DNA of 64,000 bases, taken from Octopus sinensis. Lineage: Eukaryota. The stretch covers positions 18,972,001 to 19,036,000 of the forward strand of contig NC_043016.1 in assembly GCF_006345805.1 (NCBI RefSeq), in the 5' to 3' direction. Below the pieces are notes generated by a model. It was not told the origin of the DNA, did no database searches, and was given only the letters and a program-made list of their open reading frames with translations. Numbering within the stretch: position 1 is the stretch's first letter; each line of letters begins with the position of its first letter. The position numbers and the translations under genes were made by a program. Positions 1 through 11,850 of the stretch are shown piece after piece.

Positions 1-13
1 AAAAACAATAGAC

Positions 14-28
14 ACGTGTGTTCGTGCA

Positions 29-62
<34 letters not shown>

Positions 63-108
63 TGTGCGTGTGTATGCGTGTGCATGCATGCATGTGTACG
101 TGTGGGTG
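14..108. repeat. (TG)n / TGCA-variant microsatellite
   Basis: Direct reading of the tandem TG units. Confidence 0.95.
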
Positions 109-2108
109 GGGCGGAGCATTTCTTTATGTTTACTATTTTGGTTGTTGATTTAGACGGTGTCTACCTCCAGCTGAATTCTCACTGAGCAAGCAAAATGAAA
201 ATTATCCCAGCCTTGACCACTCGTTGCTTACATATTATACAACGTGCTCCTTCCTTACGAAGAATCTAGGGTAGTCGTCTCAACTGCTTCCATATAACCC
301 TTGGAGGTCCATATAAGATTTTGTTGTTAAAATTTATCTGCAATGTGTTGGTTATACTTCTACAATACACAAACTATTTTAATAATTACCTTTCTACAAT
401 TCCTAATAATATTTATTTATAAAAATATGATAGGATTTTCTTTTACACATGGAGCGTACATTTAAGTAAAATAGGAATCAGAGGGGCCCGTAGGTAATAA
501 ATGGTCGAGAAACGCTGATCTAGGATGTGATATATAGGAAATTTGGCAGTTAGTTCCTGCAGATCTAAAGACAACAGAGACCCCGTTATGCTCTGTGTAC
601 ATACATCTATATTATAAAATAGAAAGCTGCTTATTAATTAGGTTTATATAACAGTTACTAAATGTATTAAAAGAAAGGAATTATTAAAGGGTTAGCTGTC
701 TGGATTTTTTTTTTTTTTTTTGATAAATTCATATTCTAAGAAATTTCCTATAATTTCGATTTCTCAAGTTAATAGAATTTTTTAACTCCAGTTTCTCGCA
801 AATTTAAATATTCATTGCATTCACTGCGTCTAATTCTTCACAAATTTAGATATTCATTTCATTCATTGCGGATTGTTCCATTTTCATTTGCAAAGTCTCT
901 CACGTTCTCTTTCAATGTTTTCATTTCAAGTTTTGATTCGCTATTCGGAAAACCGACAGTTTATTCTATTAATGTATACGTAATGTAAAAACATTATTTA
1001 TTGAATGAAATTTTTTTTAATACCCTTATAAATTTTGTAAAAAAATTTTTTAATGTTTTGTTATGGCTGTTTGGAATGCTACAAGCCTTACAATAATAAC
1101 TATCCGGACCGATTTTAACCATTTTCTTTTTTAACTTAAAAACCGTGGGAAGAGCCTTTTCGATAAAAAAAAATTGTAAATATTTTCAGAGGAAAAGGTG
1201 AGCAATTCCATGGAGGTTCCGCTGGTGTTTCTAACATAATCCAAACCACCCTCTCTTTTCACTCTCACATGTATTGATGTTTTTTTCAATACTTTTCTCC
1301 AGTTAAACATCTTATGGAATGATGATGCAGAAGTAACATGTGTGTGGTCCATTATATTATATTATATTATATATAAGCAGCAGAATGAATAGTAATCTAA
1401 ATTTCTATCCCAACTCAATCAAGCGAAGCCGTGTGTGTGTGTGTGTATGTGTGTATGTGTAAGAAAGACATTTTCTAACAGAAAAGTATGTTATTAAAAT
1501 GAATTATTGCTAACTTAACGTTTTTAAATAATTGCTGCGGACAAATGCCAGCAATGACCTTCTCAAGTTCTCAAATATTTTAATTTCTAAACAGAAACAA
1601 TCGCAGCCAGGGAGTGGAGTTGCAAAAAATTCATAATTTCTCAAATTTACCTTCTTATAGTATATAAATATATTTATGGAGAAAAAAATGCTGAAAAGCA
1701 TCAATACATACGGAAGTGATAAAGAAACGAGGAGGATTGTCTTTGGATGTAAAGAAACAGCTGCCAAATCGCCCTTAAATCACTCACTTTTCCTTCTGAA
1801 AACATTAACAAGTTTTTTTCTTTTACCTAAAATTCTCTTTCCATGGTTGTCACATATATTTATAGATAAATTCCTTTATTTATATAATATCGAGGTCTCA
1901 TTCATTCTTTTGTTGTCATATTATTATTACGAGCAAAACGCCCCCCCTCCCGTCAAATGGACGGTGTTGAGTAATCAAACATTAAAACAAAATTTTCCCA
2001 AAACAACTTGTCCGACCGTCCCATAGGGCTCCCCTTTAAGAAACACTGATTTAACCTAAATTTGAGACACCAAATAGGCCGGGTTTTTTGCGCAAACTGC
2101 ACGTGCAT

Positions 2109-2160
2109 TCGTCCATACCGTTTTCTCACTCAATATAGAGTGAGAAAACGGTATGGACGA
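2109..2160. repeat. Perfect 23-bp inverted repeat with 6-nt loop
   Basis: TCGTCCATACCGTTTTCTCACTC (2109-2131), loop AATATA, GAGTGAGAAAACGGTATGGACGA (2138-2160); the arms are exact reverse complements. Confidence 0.95.
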
Positions 2161-2526
2161 TTTTTTGGAGTCTAATAATACCAAGTACGCCTATTTGATT
2201 ATGAAGATTTACAAACATACTTTCCCAGTGATACTTGGTTTACCTACCATTATAAATAATACCAAATGTTCTTTCTCAAACCTTTCATAATGTGATACAA
2301 GTCTTTGGTGTAGCAATTGCATGCGGCTGAAGAGGGCTTTTGAACTATCTGTTATGTCGATTATGCATTGATGTAAGAATAAGTTGTTCTATAAAGCTCG
2401 AAACATATGTACCGCGAAATCCTTGGTTCCTGTTTTTCATTTATTTCTTGATACATATATCCTCTCACCTATGCTACTAGCTAGCATATGCAGGTGCTTA
2501 CATTTATCAAGTATTCACCCTGAATT

Positions 2527-2559
<33 letters not shown>

Positions 2560-2733
2560 TATATAATATATATATAATATATATATATGTGTATATATGT
2601 ATATATAAGTTCAGCAAAATTTAGATTCAAATGAATATGATACTTACTGGATGCACCAGAATTCTGTATGGTGTTATCCATATAAATCCATAGGGTGGCT
2701 ATAATCAAATTAAGCAACAAGAATAACTCCGGT

Positions 2734-2824
2734 AATTTAGTACGATCGTTTCGCACTACATCATTTTATTAAATGTTGTAAGTATTACAACAGTTTTAAA
2801 ATGCTAAGCACTCATCAGCAATTA
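2734..2824 (-). ncRNA. Minimal type-I hammerhead ribozyme motif
   Basis: Minus strand: CUGAUGA, long stem II (GUGC/GUGC, CAUUUUA/UAAAAUG, UGUUGUAA/UUACAACA), GAAAC-GAUC-GUA. Helix III ACGAUCGU is a perfect palindrome. Stem I is partly decayed. Confidence 0.7.
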
Positions 2825-3065
2825 ATAGAGGTTTTCCATTAATACATAATTTTCATATCAAACTACTGTAAGGTTCTGAGAGGAAAGGAAAGGTTCCTCT
2901 CAGAACCTTACAGTAGTTTGGAGCAACTGAATTTTAGCCAGTCAGTTGATAAGCTCCACTACCTCAAATGTTCCTAAAATTTAAATACACATCTTAGTCT
3001 ATATATCTACCTTCTCATAATGTTACCGCTTGATAAGAAAATTATGTATTAATGGAAAACCTCTA

Positions 3066-3155
3066 TTAATGGCTGATGAGTGCTCAGCATTTTAAAACTG
3101 TTGTAATACTTACAACATTAAATAAAATGATGTAATGCGAAACGATCATACCAAA
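3066..3155 (+). ncRNA. Hammerhead ribozyme motif, decayed mirror copy
   Basis: CTGATGA at 3073-3079 and GAAAC-GATC-ATA at 3139-3150; G16.2 is changed to A. Confidence 0.5.
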
Positions 3156-3239
3156 TTACCGGAGTTATTCTTGTTGCTTATTTTGATATATATATATATA
3201 TATAATATAATATATATATTATATATATATATGCCAACC

Positions 3240-4020
3240 TCAAGAAGAAAACAACAACACATCCAGCACTACATATTCCGAATGCAACGCTCCGGATACA
3301 CACAAGACGATAGAGTCAGGGTGTACAAAGGAGCGAAAGCTAGATTCGAACGCATTCTAGGGAACGACGAAAACGGTATATGCCCCCTGTACGCAACAAG
3401 TTATGGAATAGGTTAGAGAGGGACACCACAAAAAGATGAGAAACGTTACTTGGTACGATAACAGGAGATTTCACGGAGTGATGTTCGTTGACGCCACACC
3501 TAAGAACGAGCTAAGTAAGGCATTCAAGAAAGCCTGCGCACTACGGGCCTAAAAGTTAAAGTTGTAGAAAAGACAGGTAGGACTATCAAATCGGCATTAT
3601 GCAGATCAATCCATTTGATAGAATCACCTGTCAGAGTTAATTGTGCAGTTGGTTCGACAAATCCACACGAAATTGTAAAACCAAGGGCACTGTATACCAG
3701 ATTAAGTGCCAGGAGGGAGCGCTTGCGCGGCTAACCCGGAGTCATACTAGGTGAGACCTCTAGAAGCATCAAGATAGGTTCAAAGAACACCTGGACAACT
3801 ACATGAAAGGAAGCCAAACTCCATCTTCTACCAACATGCTGTAGACTGTCACAAGGGAGCTAGGGGAGCTTAAGTTGAACATCCTATCTACACATCCCAC
3901 CGATGCAATGTTGAGGACAGGTCACAGAAGCTGTTTGTATACAAGAATACAAACCTACTCTCAACCGAAGTCCGAATGGAATAACATCAGATCCCATTCA
4001 GAAGGACTATTCTATAACCA
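3240..4020 (+). mobile_element. Penelope-like element 3' fragment (RT thumb, linker, GIY-YIG endonuclease); Neptune-like; frameshifted
   Basis: Pieced-together translation: FRMQRSGYTQDDRVRVYKGAKARFERILGNDENGICPLY, VMFVDATPKNELSKAF, LKVKVVEKTGRTIKSALCRS, CKTKGTVYQIKC, GETSRSI..RFKEHLD, SIFYQHAVDCH, KSEWNN. These motifs are typical of PLE C-termini. Confidence 0.85.
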
Positions 4021-4179
4021 CCCTCTCTCTCTCTCCCTTTCACCTGTAGTCCTTACATACAGGTTGCAATGCGCATGTGCAGTTTATACAACGGTATGAG
4101 CAGACGTTGTTTGATACGAACAGTTGCACCTAGGCGTTGTATCCATTCACGGTTAGACGATGATGAGAGGAACAAACAC

Positions 4180-4960
4180 ACACCCACACACATATATATA
4201 TATGTGTGTGCGTCTATACAAACATATATGTAAATATGTATACAACCTTCAGCAAAAGTAACAGTCATGTACACAACTTGGACGGACACATGCCAGTACA
4301 CGGACATACGTTCACATACACATACACATGTACACACTCTCACGGACACATCTGCCCATTCTCCTAGACACTCACATACATACGTAGCACATGAATACAA
4401 ACATACATACATACCTACGTATGGGCATACACACGTACATACGCACGTACATGTACACACACACATACTTGGGCACATGCATACGAGCGCGTATACATAC
4501 ATACGCACATGCGTACGTATGTACATACATACATACATACATACATACATACATACATACATACATACATACATACATACATACGCACATACATACATAC
4601 ATACGAACAATAGGTAAAACATTAGTTCTGTGATATAGAGATTAAAATCTGATAATAGATTTTAGGGTATAGTTCTTGTGAGCAAGCGTCATAAATTCAC
4701 TTTCTAGCCTCGGCCGTAGGGAGTGAATTTGATAGCGTTGTGATGAGTGGTCACTCTACATCCATCCATCGCTACAGGGTTATAACTTTATGTTTTATAG
4801 AGTGTATGTGCGTGCTTATACACACACTACATATATACATACATACATACATACATACATACATACATACATACGCATACACAAGCGTATGTGCGTACAT
4901 GCATACGTACATACATACACACATGTATGCATACATACACACATACATACGTACATATAT
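4180..4960. repeat. (CATA)n/(CA)n compound microsatellites
   Basis: Tandem CATA units. They produce the spurious YVCM/HTYI ORFs. Confidence 0.9.
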
Positions 4961-5187
4961 GACGAACTAACTGTTACTTTCTTAGATGCAGCACGGACTT
5001 TGTCAGTGAACAGGTCGCGGATTTTAGCGACGAAAATATTTTGACAAATTAAACTTAAATGTTGGAGTGAATCGAACGGCTTTTGTGTGTTTCTTAAATG
5101 GCTTATAAACACTTCCACGCTGCAATTGTTTTCGTTTCAGCACACGATCTCAGATCAAATTACTTGCTATGCGAGTACATCTCCGTA

Positions 5188-5189
<2 letters not shown>
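4960..5189 (+). mobile_element. Short (~230 bp) HHR-bearing unit ending in CTCCGTA + (TA)n
   Basis: Complex sequence between a CATA/TA tract and a long (TA)n tract; contains the HHR-like fold at 4999-5048. Confidence 0.55.
4999..5048 (+). ncRNA. Hammerhead ribozyme-like motif with G3:C8 core variant
   Basis: Stem I TTTGTCA/TGACAAA; core GTGAACA (5006-5012) plus one extra G; stem II GTCGC/GCGAC; GAAA (5032-5035); palindromic helix III AATATT; UUU triplet. Confidence 0.6.
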
Positions 5190-5237
<48 letters not shown>

Positions 5238-5302
5238 ATATACATATGTATAAATATATATGCATATATTAGTATATACATATATGTTCGAGGATATGTA
5301 TG

Positions 5303-5370
<68 letters not shown>

Positions 5371-6579
5371 GTGAGTGGTGTATGTATGTATGTTTTTATG
5401 CATGTATGTAGATATTAATCGATATTATTTATAAAAAGATATTTCCACGATGTGGGCCAATAAGGGGTAACTCTTAATGCATAATAGTCTTTCTTTGTAC
5501 ACAGACAAACGTATAGACTTAACAAACATATGTATACACATGCATATACTGTTCTTCATGTAGCCATTCGTAAAATGCAGGCAGAAAATATGAAATATTA
5601 ATTGGAATATAGTAAAAGATAATATCAGACAATGATAAGAAAATTTCTAAGAAAAACTGATCAAAAACAAGAAAGTTTAATTCGTTGAGGGGTGTGAAAT
5701 AGAAGACTTCAAAAAGAGAGTGGGGGAGTTACATTGAATGAAGTAAGGAAGGTAAATGCACAATAAAATATATGTATTGTTCACACGCACATATAAACAT
5801 ATACAAATAAACACATACACACATATACACACACACGAATATAAACACACACATACGTATATATCTAGGCTTATTTACAGAAATGTACACACATATAGAT
5901 ACACAGATATAGATATACAGTCTAACCGCTGGTAGTGACATCGTATTTCGCTATGCAACCATAAAATACTACCACGTATATTAAAAGCTTCTAAGTCAAT
6001 ACTGTGTCCCACTTGTGTCAGCAGTGCCATTCACTTACTAAAAAAATAGGTAATAAGTGGATATGCATATTTCAGTTCTTGTTCCAGCATCAGCACCACA
6101 TCCAAACACAGGTGGGGAAATATAGGTGCAATATTTCTCAGAAGCAATATTCATTTGAAGAAAAAAAAACTTAACTTTCATTTAAAGCCTTTTATAAGGA
6201 ACCAAACGTATAGTGATTCGCTTGTTTGCACGCTAAAGCATCATCACATGGCTGATATTTCTTCCGTAAATCAGCTACGTCTTTCTCCGTCTTCAAAACC
6301 CATGATGGTACTTTCTTTGTTGTTTCGGTTTTGTTCACTTTGCATGTCGTTCATGTACTGTTTTGCAGTAGTAAACAGGGCATATAGACAGGTGTTATAT
6401 GCGTTATATGCCAGAATAGGAATTCATTGCACTGCTGTAAATTCTCCTCTCTAATTTCGTTAATAGTTTTTAATAACGTATCTTTTTTTTTTCATTTATT
6501 TTGGTAGAGAATAGAGAACTTCAAAGCCTAATTTGTTTTTCCTCGGAAAATTTCAGTATGGACACATTTCGCCGATATA

Positions 6580-6735
6580 TAATCCTGACTACTACTACTA
6601 CTACCACCACCACCACCACCACCCACCACCACTGCTGCTGCTGCTACTACTGCTGCTGCTGCTACTACTACTACTACCACTACTACTACTACTACCAATA
6701 CTATTACTACTACTACTATTACTACTACTACAATA
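6580..6735. repeat. Compound trinucleotide array (ACT/ACC/GCT/ATT)
   Basis: Direct reading. Confidence 0.9.
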
Positions 6736-6954
6736 ATATTTGCAGTTGTGCCTGCTATTTACCATAGTCGTAGGAAGTGGACAGTGGTCAGTTACTTCAG
6801 CTAATAATGTAGTTTGGTTGACAGGCAGTATAGAATCTGTTGGAATGTCGTTAACTGCGACATCATTCGCGTTTTTCTCCCATCATTCACGTTTTAGTTT
6901 TCGTTTATGGTGTTGGGAAGAAGGTTAATTTCAGATCTTTTTTAATAAAGTTAT

Positions 6955-9900
6955 ACTCATTAACTTTCTTCCTGTGTTCCACAAATGTTGCTTGTTGCCG
7001 TAATTGTTTCGCAATAAAATGATTTAATTCTGGATGCAAATAGTCCCAATATGATTTCAATTGATTCATATATCCAACAGCGGGGTTTTGTTTCGTGTTT
7101 TTCTTTTTTTTTTTTTGGAACAGTTAAAAATAAATCAGCATCCAATTCATAACTCCAATAAAAATTAGTTTCGTAATTACGGTTTCTTCTATAACTGCAG
7201 CGAGAAAGAATGTTTATCTGTTGAGCCGTTGTTTTCGTTCTGCTCATCGGTTGTGTTGTTGTTGATGTTGTGTCGAGCCATGTTGTTTGTAGTAACTCTC
7301 TGCATGGTAAATTCAATTTTCAATCAAAAATCACCGCGATCGGGAATAAAAGGCTTCCTCAGTTAATTCACCAAATTTTTAATATCTTGGTCCATAAACA
7401 ACCAATAGACATAACTCTTCTTCAGAGCCTTTATCCTTGCCATTCCTGGATGTCTGCTGTGAAATTGTTGCAATACACCTTTCTGTAATGTAGTTGGAAC
7501 CACCACTCTTTGGGCATACATCAGAATATCGTCACAAATTAAAAAATTACTGGTCTCTAAATTTTTATTCTGATTATTTTTTTAAGTTTTTTTAATTTTC
7601 GTAATATATTCATCACCTGCAGTTTTCAGTCGTGTATACTGTTCCGTCACTGGTAGTTCTTGGATAACGTTCGTCATAACACTTTTAATTTCACTTTCTG
7701 TCTGATGTGCGGTTATAACAGTCTCTTATGGTGGTTCCATATTTTTTGGAATTTATCTTGAAAGGCAGTCTGAATGACCAACGGTTTTCGATGGAATGTA
7801 TTTCATTTTGAAATTATAATTTAGTAATATTACACCCCAACATTGCCAGCAGTTTGCAGTATAAGTTGGTAATCCTTTTTAGACCCATAAATTGACAGCA
7901 AAGGTTATGCTTTGTTTGCAATAAAAAAACTTCTACCATGCAGAAACCTGTGAAATTTTTAACTGCAAAAATATTTGCTAGGGCCTCCTTTTCAATTTGA
8001 CTATATCTCTTCTCTGCCGCTATTAGTGAGCGTGAAGCATGAACCACTGGTTTTGTACTTCTGTCTTCGTATTTATGAAGTAGAACTGCATCTAATCCGT
8101 GCCCGGAAACATCATATGATACAATGATGTCCATTTCGGGATCATAATGTGCTAACAACAGGTCTGAGATTAGAATTTTTCTATTTCATCAAAAATGTTC
8201 TGGCATTAAGTAGACCAATTCCACGTTACTTCTTTTTTTAATAAGTCGTTCAATGGAGCTCTTAATTTGTGCATATTAAAAATGTTGTTTTGGTAGAAGT
8301 TTGCCAGCCTAAGAAGTACTTGTAAAGTTGGAATATTTGTCGGCGCAGACATATTCCTCTTTGCGTAGGCCCTCGACGAGTCAGGGTGTCTACCACTTTT
8401 ATCAATTATTTGCCCTAAATATTTAATTTGGGTAGAAAGAATTCGCATTGAAAATTTTAATTTTCTTAAACATGGTTTTTATGTGTTCCACATGCTGTTC
8501 ATGAGAATTACCCTTGATCAAAATATCGTCCAAGTACGGGATTGCAAATTCACAATCAGAGAATATAGTTCTCATGATTTGCTGGAATATTGCTGGTGCC
8601 ACTTTTAATCCCAAAAGGTAATCGTGTGTATCTGTACAATCCTCTGTGTGTATTTATTGTCGAATAATTTGAGCATTTTTCATTTTTCATTTTATCTGTA
8701 AATAGGCTTCAGACAGATCTAATTTGGAAAAAAAATATTTCCACCACTTAACTTTGAACAAATGTACTCAACAGGCGGGAGTGGATGGTGGCATGTTTTT
8801 AAGCAGCCATTCAATCCTGTAGAGAAATCGGCACACACCTTAATCTTATTATTTTCTTTAATACATATAGTGGGTGTCGCCTACATCGAGTAATCCACCT
8901 TTTTGATGATTCCACTTTTATTGAGTCTGTCCAACTCTTTATTTATGATTTCAGTTGCTTTAAATACAGGGTCAGCGTTTTCACTGACTTGGAAATAGGC
9001 TTCCCTATTTCTACATAGACCTAAATAACACTTGTGGGAACATCTTTTTTTCAATTTTTTATTCAGTTCTTCCGAAAACTTGTTTTTGAAGGGGCAATAG
9101 ATATTTATGGGGAGGTGCCATAAATTGAATAGTTCTAACCAATCTGAGCCAAACAGATTGATAGTATTATCCACACAAATGATTTTACGTCGCGTGTCTC
9201 TGCTTGAAATGTGACGTCGATACATGTTTTGCCTATGAAGTGTAATTTACCGCTCCTTACACCATAGGCTATTTTTGCTGTTTTACGTAATTTCGATTTA
9301 CCACTTTTTTTTCAAGTATCTGCATTTATGATTGAGATGTCACTACCTGTGTCTAACTGTAATTTGGTATTTACATCATTTATTTTTATGTGCACGTATT
9401 TTCTTGTTTTTCTGCTGCAATCACTTCCCACTGAAAACACCTTAAAACTTTTTGTGTTTGAGCCTCGTAGTCTTGTTCTACAATGAAAATTCCTGTGTCC
9501 CAGCTTCTGGCAACTATAGCATTTTTCTTATTAAACGAACAATAATTTTTATAGTGTAGGCTTCCAAAACCATAATATGGATTGGGGCCTGACGCATTTT
9601 TTGTGCTTCCCGGGACGACACATTTCAATTTTTGCAAAGTTTTTATCTAGTATTTTTTTCACATCATGTTTAAAGTTTACCAGAGTCCGACATTCTTCTG
9701 CGATGGTCTGTAGAGATACATCCTTGTTCGCTTGCGCCATTTTCAAGAGAATCCTTGACCGAATTTCTCTATCTTCGGGTGCTATAAGTCCTTGCACAAA
9801 GATAAGTGATTTGAACATATTCAGAGTGAGATCCTGGAGTTTGAAATTTTCGCACATACGGTTGACAACTCTGGCGTAGGTAATAAAATCATTCTCCAAA

Positions 9901-10090
9901 TTTTTTGTTAAGTTCCAAAACTCCATTCTGGTGTTGAATAAAGAAATTTTTCAAAGCAGTTCCACGGTTTCTTGGAAACCAATCTCACTCGACTTTTGGG
10001 ACAGAATAAAGTTGTAGCATCGTTCATGTTCGCAAGACCTACCTTGCATAATAAAAACCTTACTTTCTGCTCTTGCGATCATGACTTGCA
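6955..10090 (-). mobile_element. Ty3/Gypsy LTR retrotransposon relic (gag, protease, RT, RNase H, integrase Zn finger; integrase core missing)
   Basis: Gag FITYARVVNRMCENF..IFVQGL; protease KLQLDTGSDISII (~9339-9356); RT MGLKVAPAIFQQIM..IPYLDDILI (YLDD ~8525-8536); RNase H PVVHASRSL..EKRYSQIEKEALA; integrase QFHSRHPGMARIK..SYVYW. Many stops and frameshifts; no LTR found at either end. Confidence 0.92.
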
Positions 10091-10094
10091 CTTG

Positions 10095-10690
10095 TGAAAA
10101 ATTTCCTCGTATCTTCTATAATTCGCGGGAAACGTACTACATTCCTCCAGATTATACGTAAATTCATGAGCTTACTGGATTTTCGGACTTCACCGACTAT
10201 AACTAAGTCCTGGCTAAGAAGGAACATATTCACAGACACGACAGAGTTGGGCCTTATATACATTGCAAGCTATGCCAACACTATAGAATATACCATAGTA
10301 GCAAATTTGCCAATGTCAGAAGAAACATGAAAAATATTACTAACTGAAGTAGTGATTGACCAAATTAAACAAGCAGTAAGGGATAAAAGGAACGAAGCTG
10401 CAGCTAAAGAAGATACTACAGAGGAAATAATTATAGACCAGCTCAGGGCTGATGAAAATACAATCATGATTGAAAAAGTTAATATAACTGATATGCAAAG
10501 TGAAATACTCACTGAACCAACCATGAACACTAAGGCAGATGAAAATTAAATAGATAAAGAAATTGACCCAACAGAACTACATGATCTAAAAAATCAAATC
10601 ATGATTGAATGGCTGAAAATTAAAAATACCAGTATGAATGAACGCGATGCTCTCCCCAAAATTCACAATTCTAACCAGAACCCCCAGTCG
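10095..10690 (+). mobile_element. Dong/R4-like LINE N-terminal ORF fragment
   Basis: KFANVRRNM..IDQIKQAV and EWLKIKNTSMNERDALPKI resemble the N-terminal region (LANVRRYI) of the element at 30579-34540. Confidence 0.5.
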
Positions 10691-11450
10691 TACATTCTTA
10701 TTATCCTCAAAAGGTTGGTGTGTTATAGTGTCCACTCAGTATCACAGTATAATTACTATATCAGCACAGACACGACTATCAACTCAGTCCACACGTACTT
10801 TAGCATTCTACGTATTCTCTCGATACTGGCCGACGTCACCTTACTTATCGTGATAGGATCATTCCACTTGTCACGTGGGAGGGGTGTATCATTATTAGTA
10901 ATTCCCTACAACAGCTCCTCTTTTAAGTTTTTCTTAGGAAGTGTCATTTTATTTAGCAATAATATTTTTATTCACCCCAGTTCCTTGTTTTGAGGGGGGT
11001 CGAACAATTTGATATTTTTTCTCTTGGCATGTATTTTCAGGAAGTCTACATGTTTTCTTTTCTTTTTAAATGTACCCCTGGGTTCAATCACCTGCACTGA
11101 CATTGGTACTTAGAACGTATCGTACAACTATTTCTTTGGTTCGCTTTCCACGAATCTCTTTTTAAGTTGGTTCCTGTGTCTCTTCCGTATGCTTTTCTAC
11201 TTTTTATTCAAAACATCATTTTACCTATGCATTTGGTAATTTCACCCTCTTCCCAACTCTGCTTTCCATTCTTGTATGCCCTCATATACACCTTTTCACC
11301 AACTTTAAAAAGTCTTGCTATGTCCTCCCTGGCGCTTTCTCTTTTCTAGCCAGGTAGCAATTTATCCAAAACTGACTTTACTTTCCTTGCAAACATCAGC
11401 ACCGCTGGTGAGCTACCTGCTGGTGCATTCGGATTTGGTAGACTCTTAAA
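10690..11450 (-). mobile_element. Ty3/Gypsy 3' fragment: integrase C-terminus, polypurine tract and probable 3' LTR
   Basis: SSPAVLMFARKVKSVLDKLLP..FKVGEKVYMRAY..WEEGEI..RHRNQLKKRF; PPT AAAAGAGGAG (10915-10924) followed by TGTTGTAGGG starting at 10913. The LTR end near 10690 is approximate. Confidence 0.75.
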
Positions 11451-11689
11451 AATACACAGATATTGTTTTGAGCTGAGTTGTGGTGCTAGATTCCCTTGTT
11501 CGAAAATATAGATCGTATCGTATAGCCAGCTGGAGACGATGTCTTCTCGGGTTAAATTACAGTAACATTTGTCCTAAATCAGGACTGACATGTTATGTTG
11601 GCAAATAATCTTTACTCCAAATTTTACCTAATCGTCAACAAGATTGACATGTAAATGTGCACTAGTGCTAAATGTAGTGTGTGTAATAC

Positions 11690-11800
11690 ACATACGACAT
11701 ATGTATTATATGTGTGTATATACAATATATACATATATATATTATGTATATATATACATATACATAATATATATACATATATATATCTACATATTACATA

Positions 11801-11842
<42 letters not shown>

Positions 11843-11850
11843 ATATATAT
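11690..11850. repeat. (TA)n-rich microsatellite
   Basis: Direct reading. Similar tracts occur at 2525-2606, 5188-5368, 13400-13560, 13750-13833, 19735-19980, 21900-21958, 23020-23130 and 62995-63075. Confidence 0.95.

Larger units (their letters stand above)
2607..3187. mobile_element. Non-autonomous fold-back unit, family A (PLE pseudo-LTR-like inverted pair) between (TA)n tracts
   Basis: Arms of ~160 bp (2702-2860 and 3030-3187) are inverted copies. The left arm has a ~95-bp outer extension. The whole unit is homologous, in opposite orientation, to 60302-60822. Each arm carries an HHR core. Confidence 0.75.

Noticed and set aside
488-533. hAT/Charlie-like terminus (reverse complement CAGCGTTTCTCGACC next to CTAG)
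   Set aside because: Only one short end; no partner TIR found.
688-2035. Segment bounded by TTAA|AGGG ... CCCT|TTAA, suggesting a Kolobok-type DNA transposon
   Set aside because: Only 4 bp of terminal inverted match and no transposase motif recognised.
4090-4132. Possible HHR remnant after the Neptune-like PLE (GGTATGAG..GAACAGTTGC)
   Set aside because: Core, GAAA and cleavage triplet are all altered; too degenerate to call.
4053-4970. Long ORFs such as YVCM/HTYI repeats (also at 11.6-13.6, 19.8, 26.7-27.6, 34.2-35.7, 43.2-44.1, 55.3-56.0 and 61.2-63.4 kb)
   Set aside because: They are translations of microsatellites that lack stop codons; no domain content.
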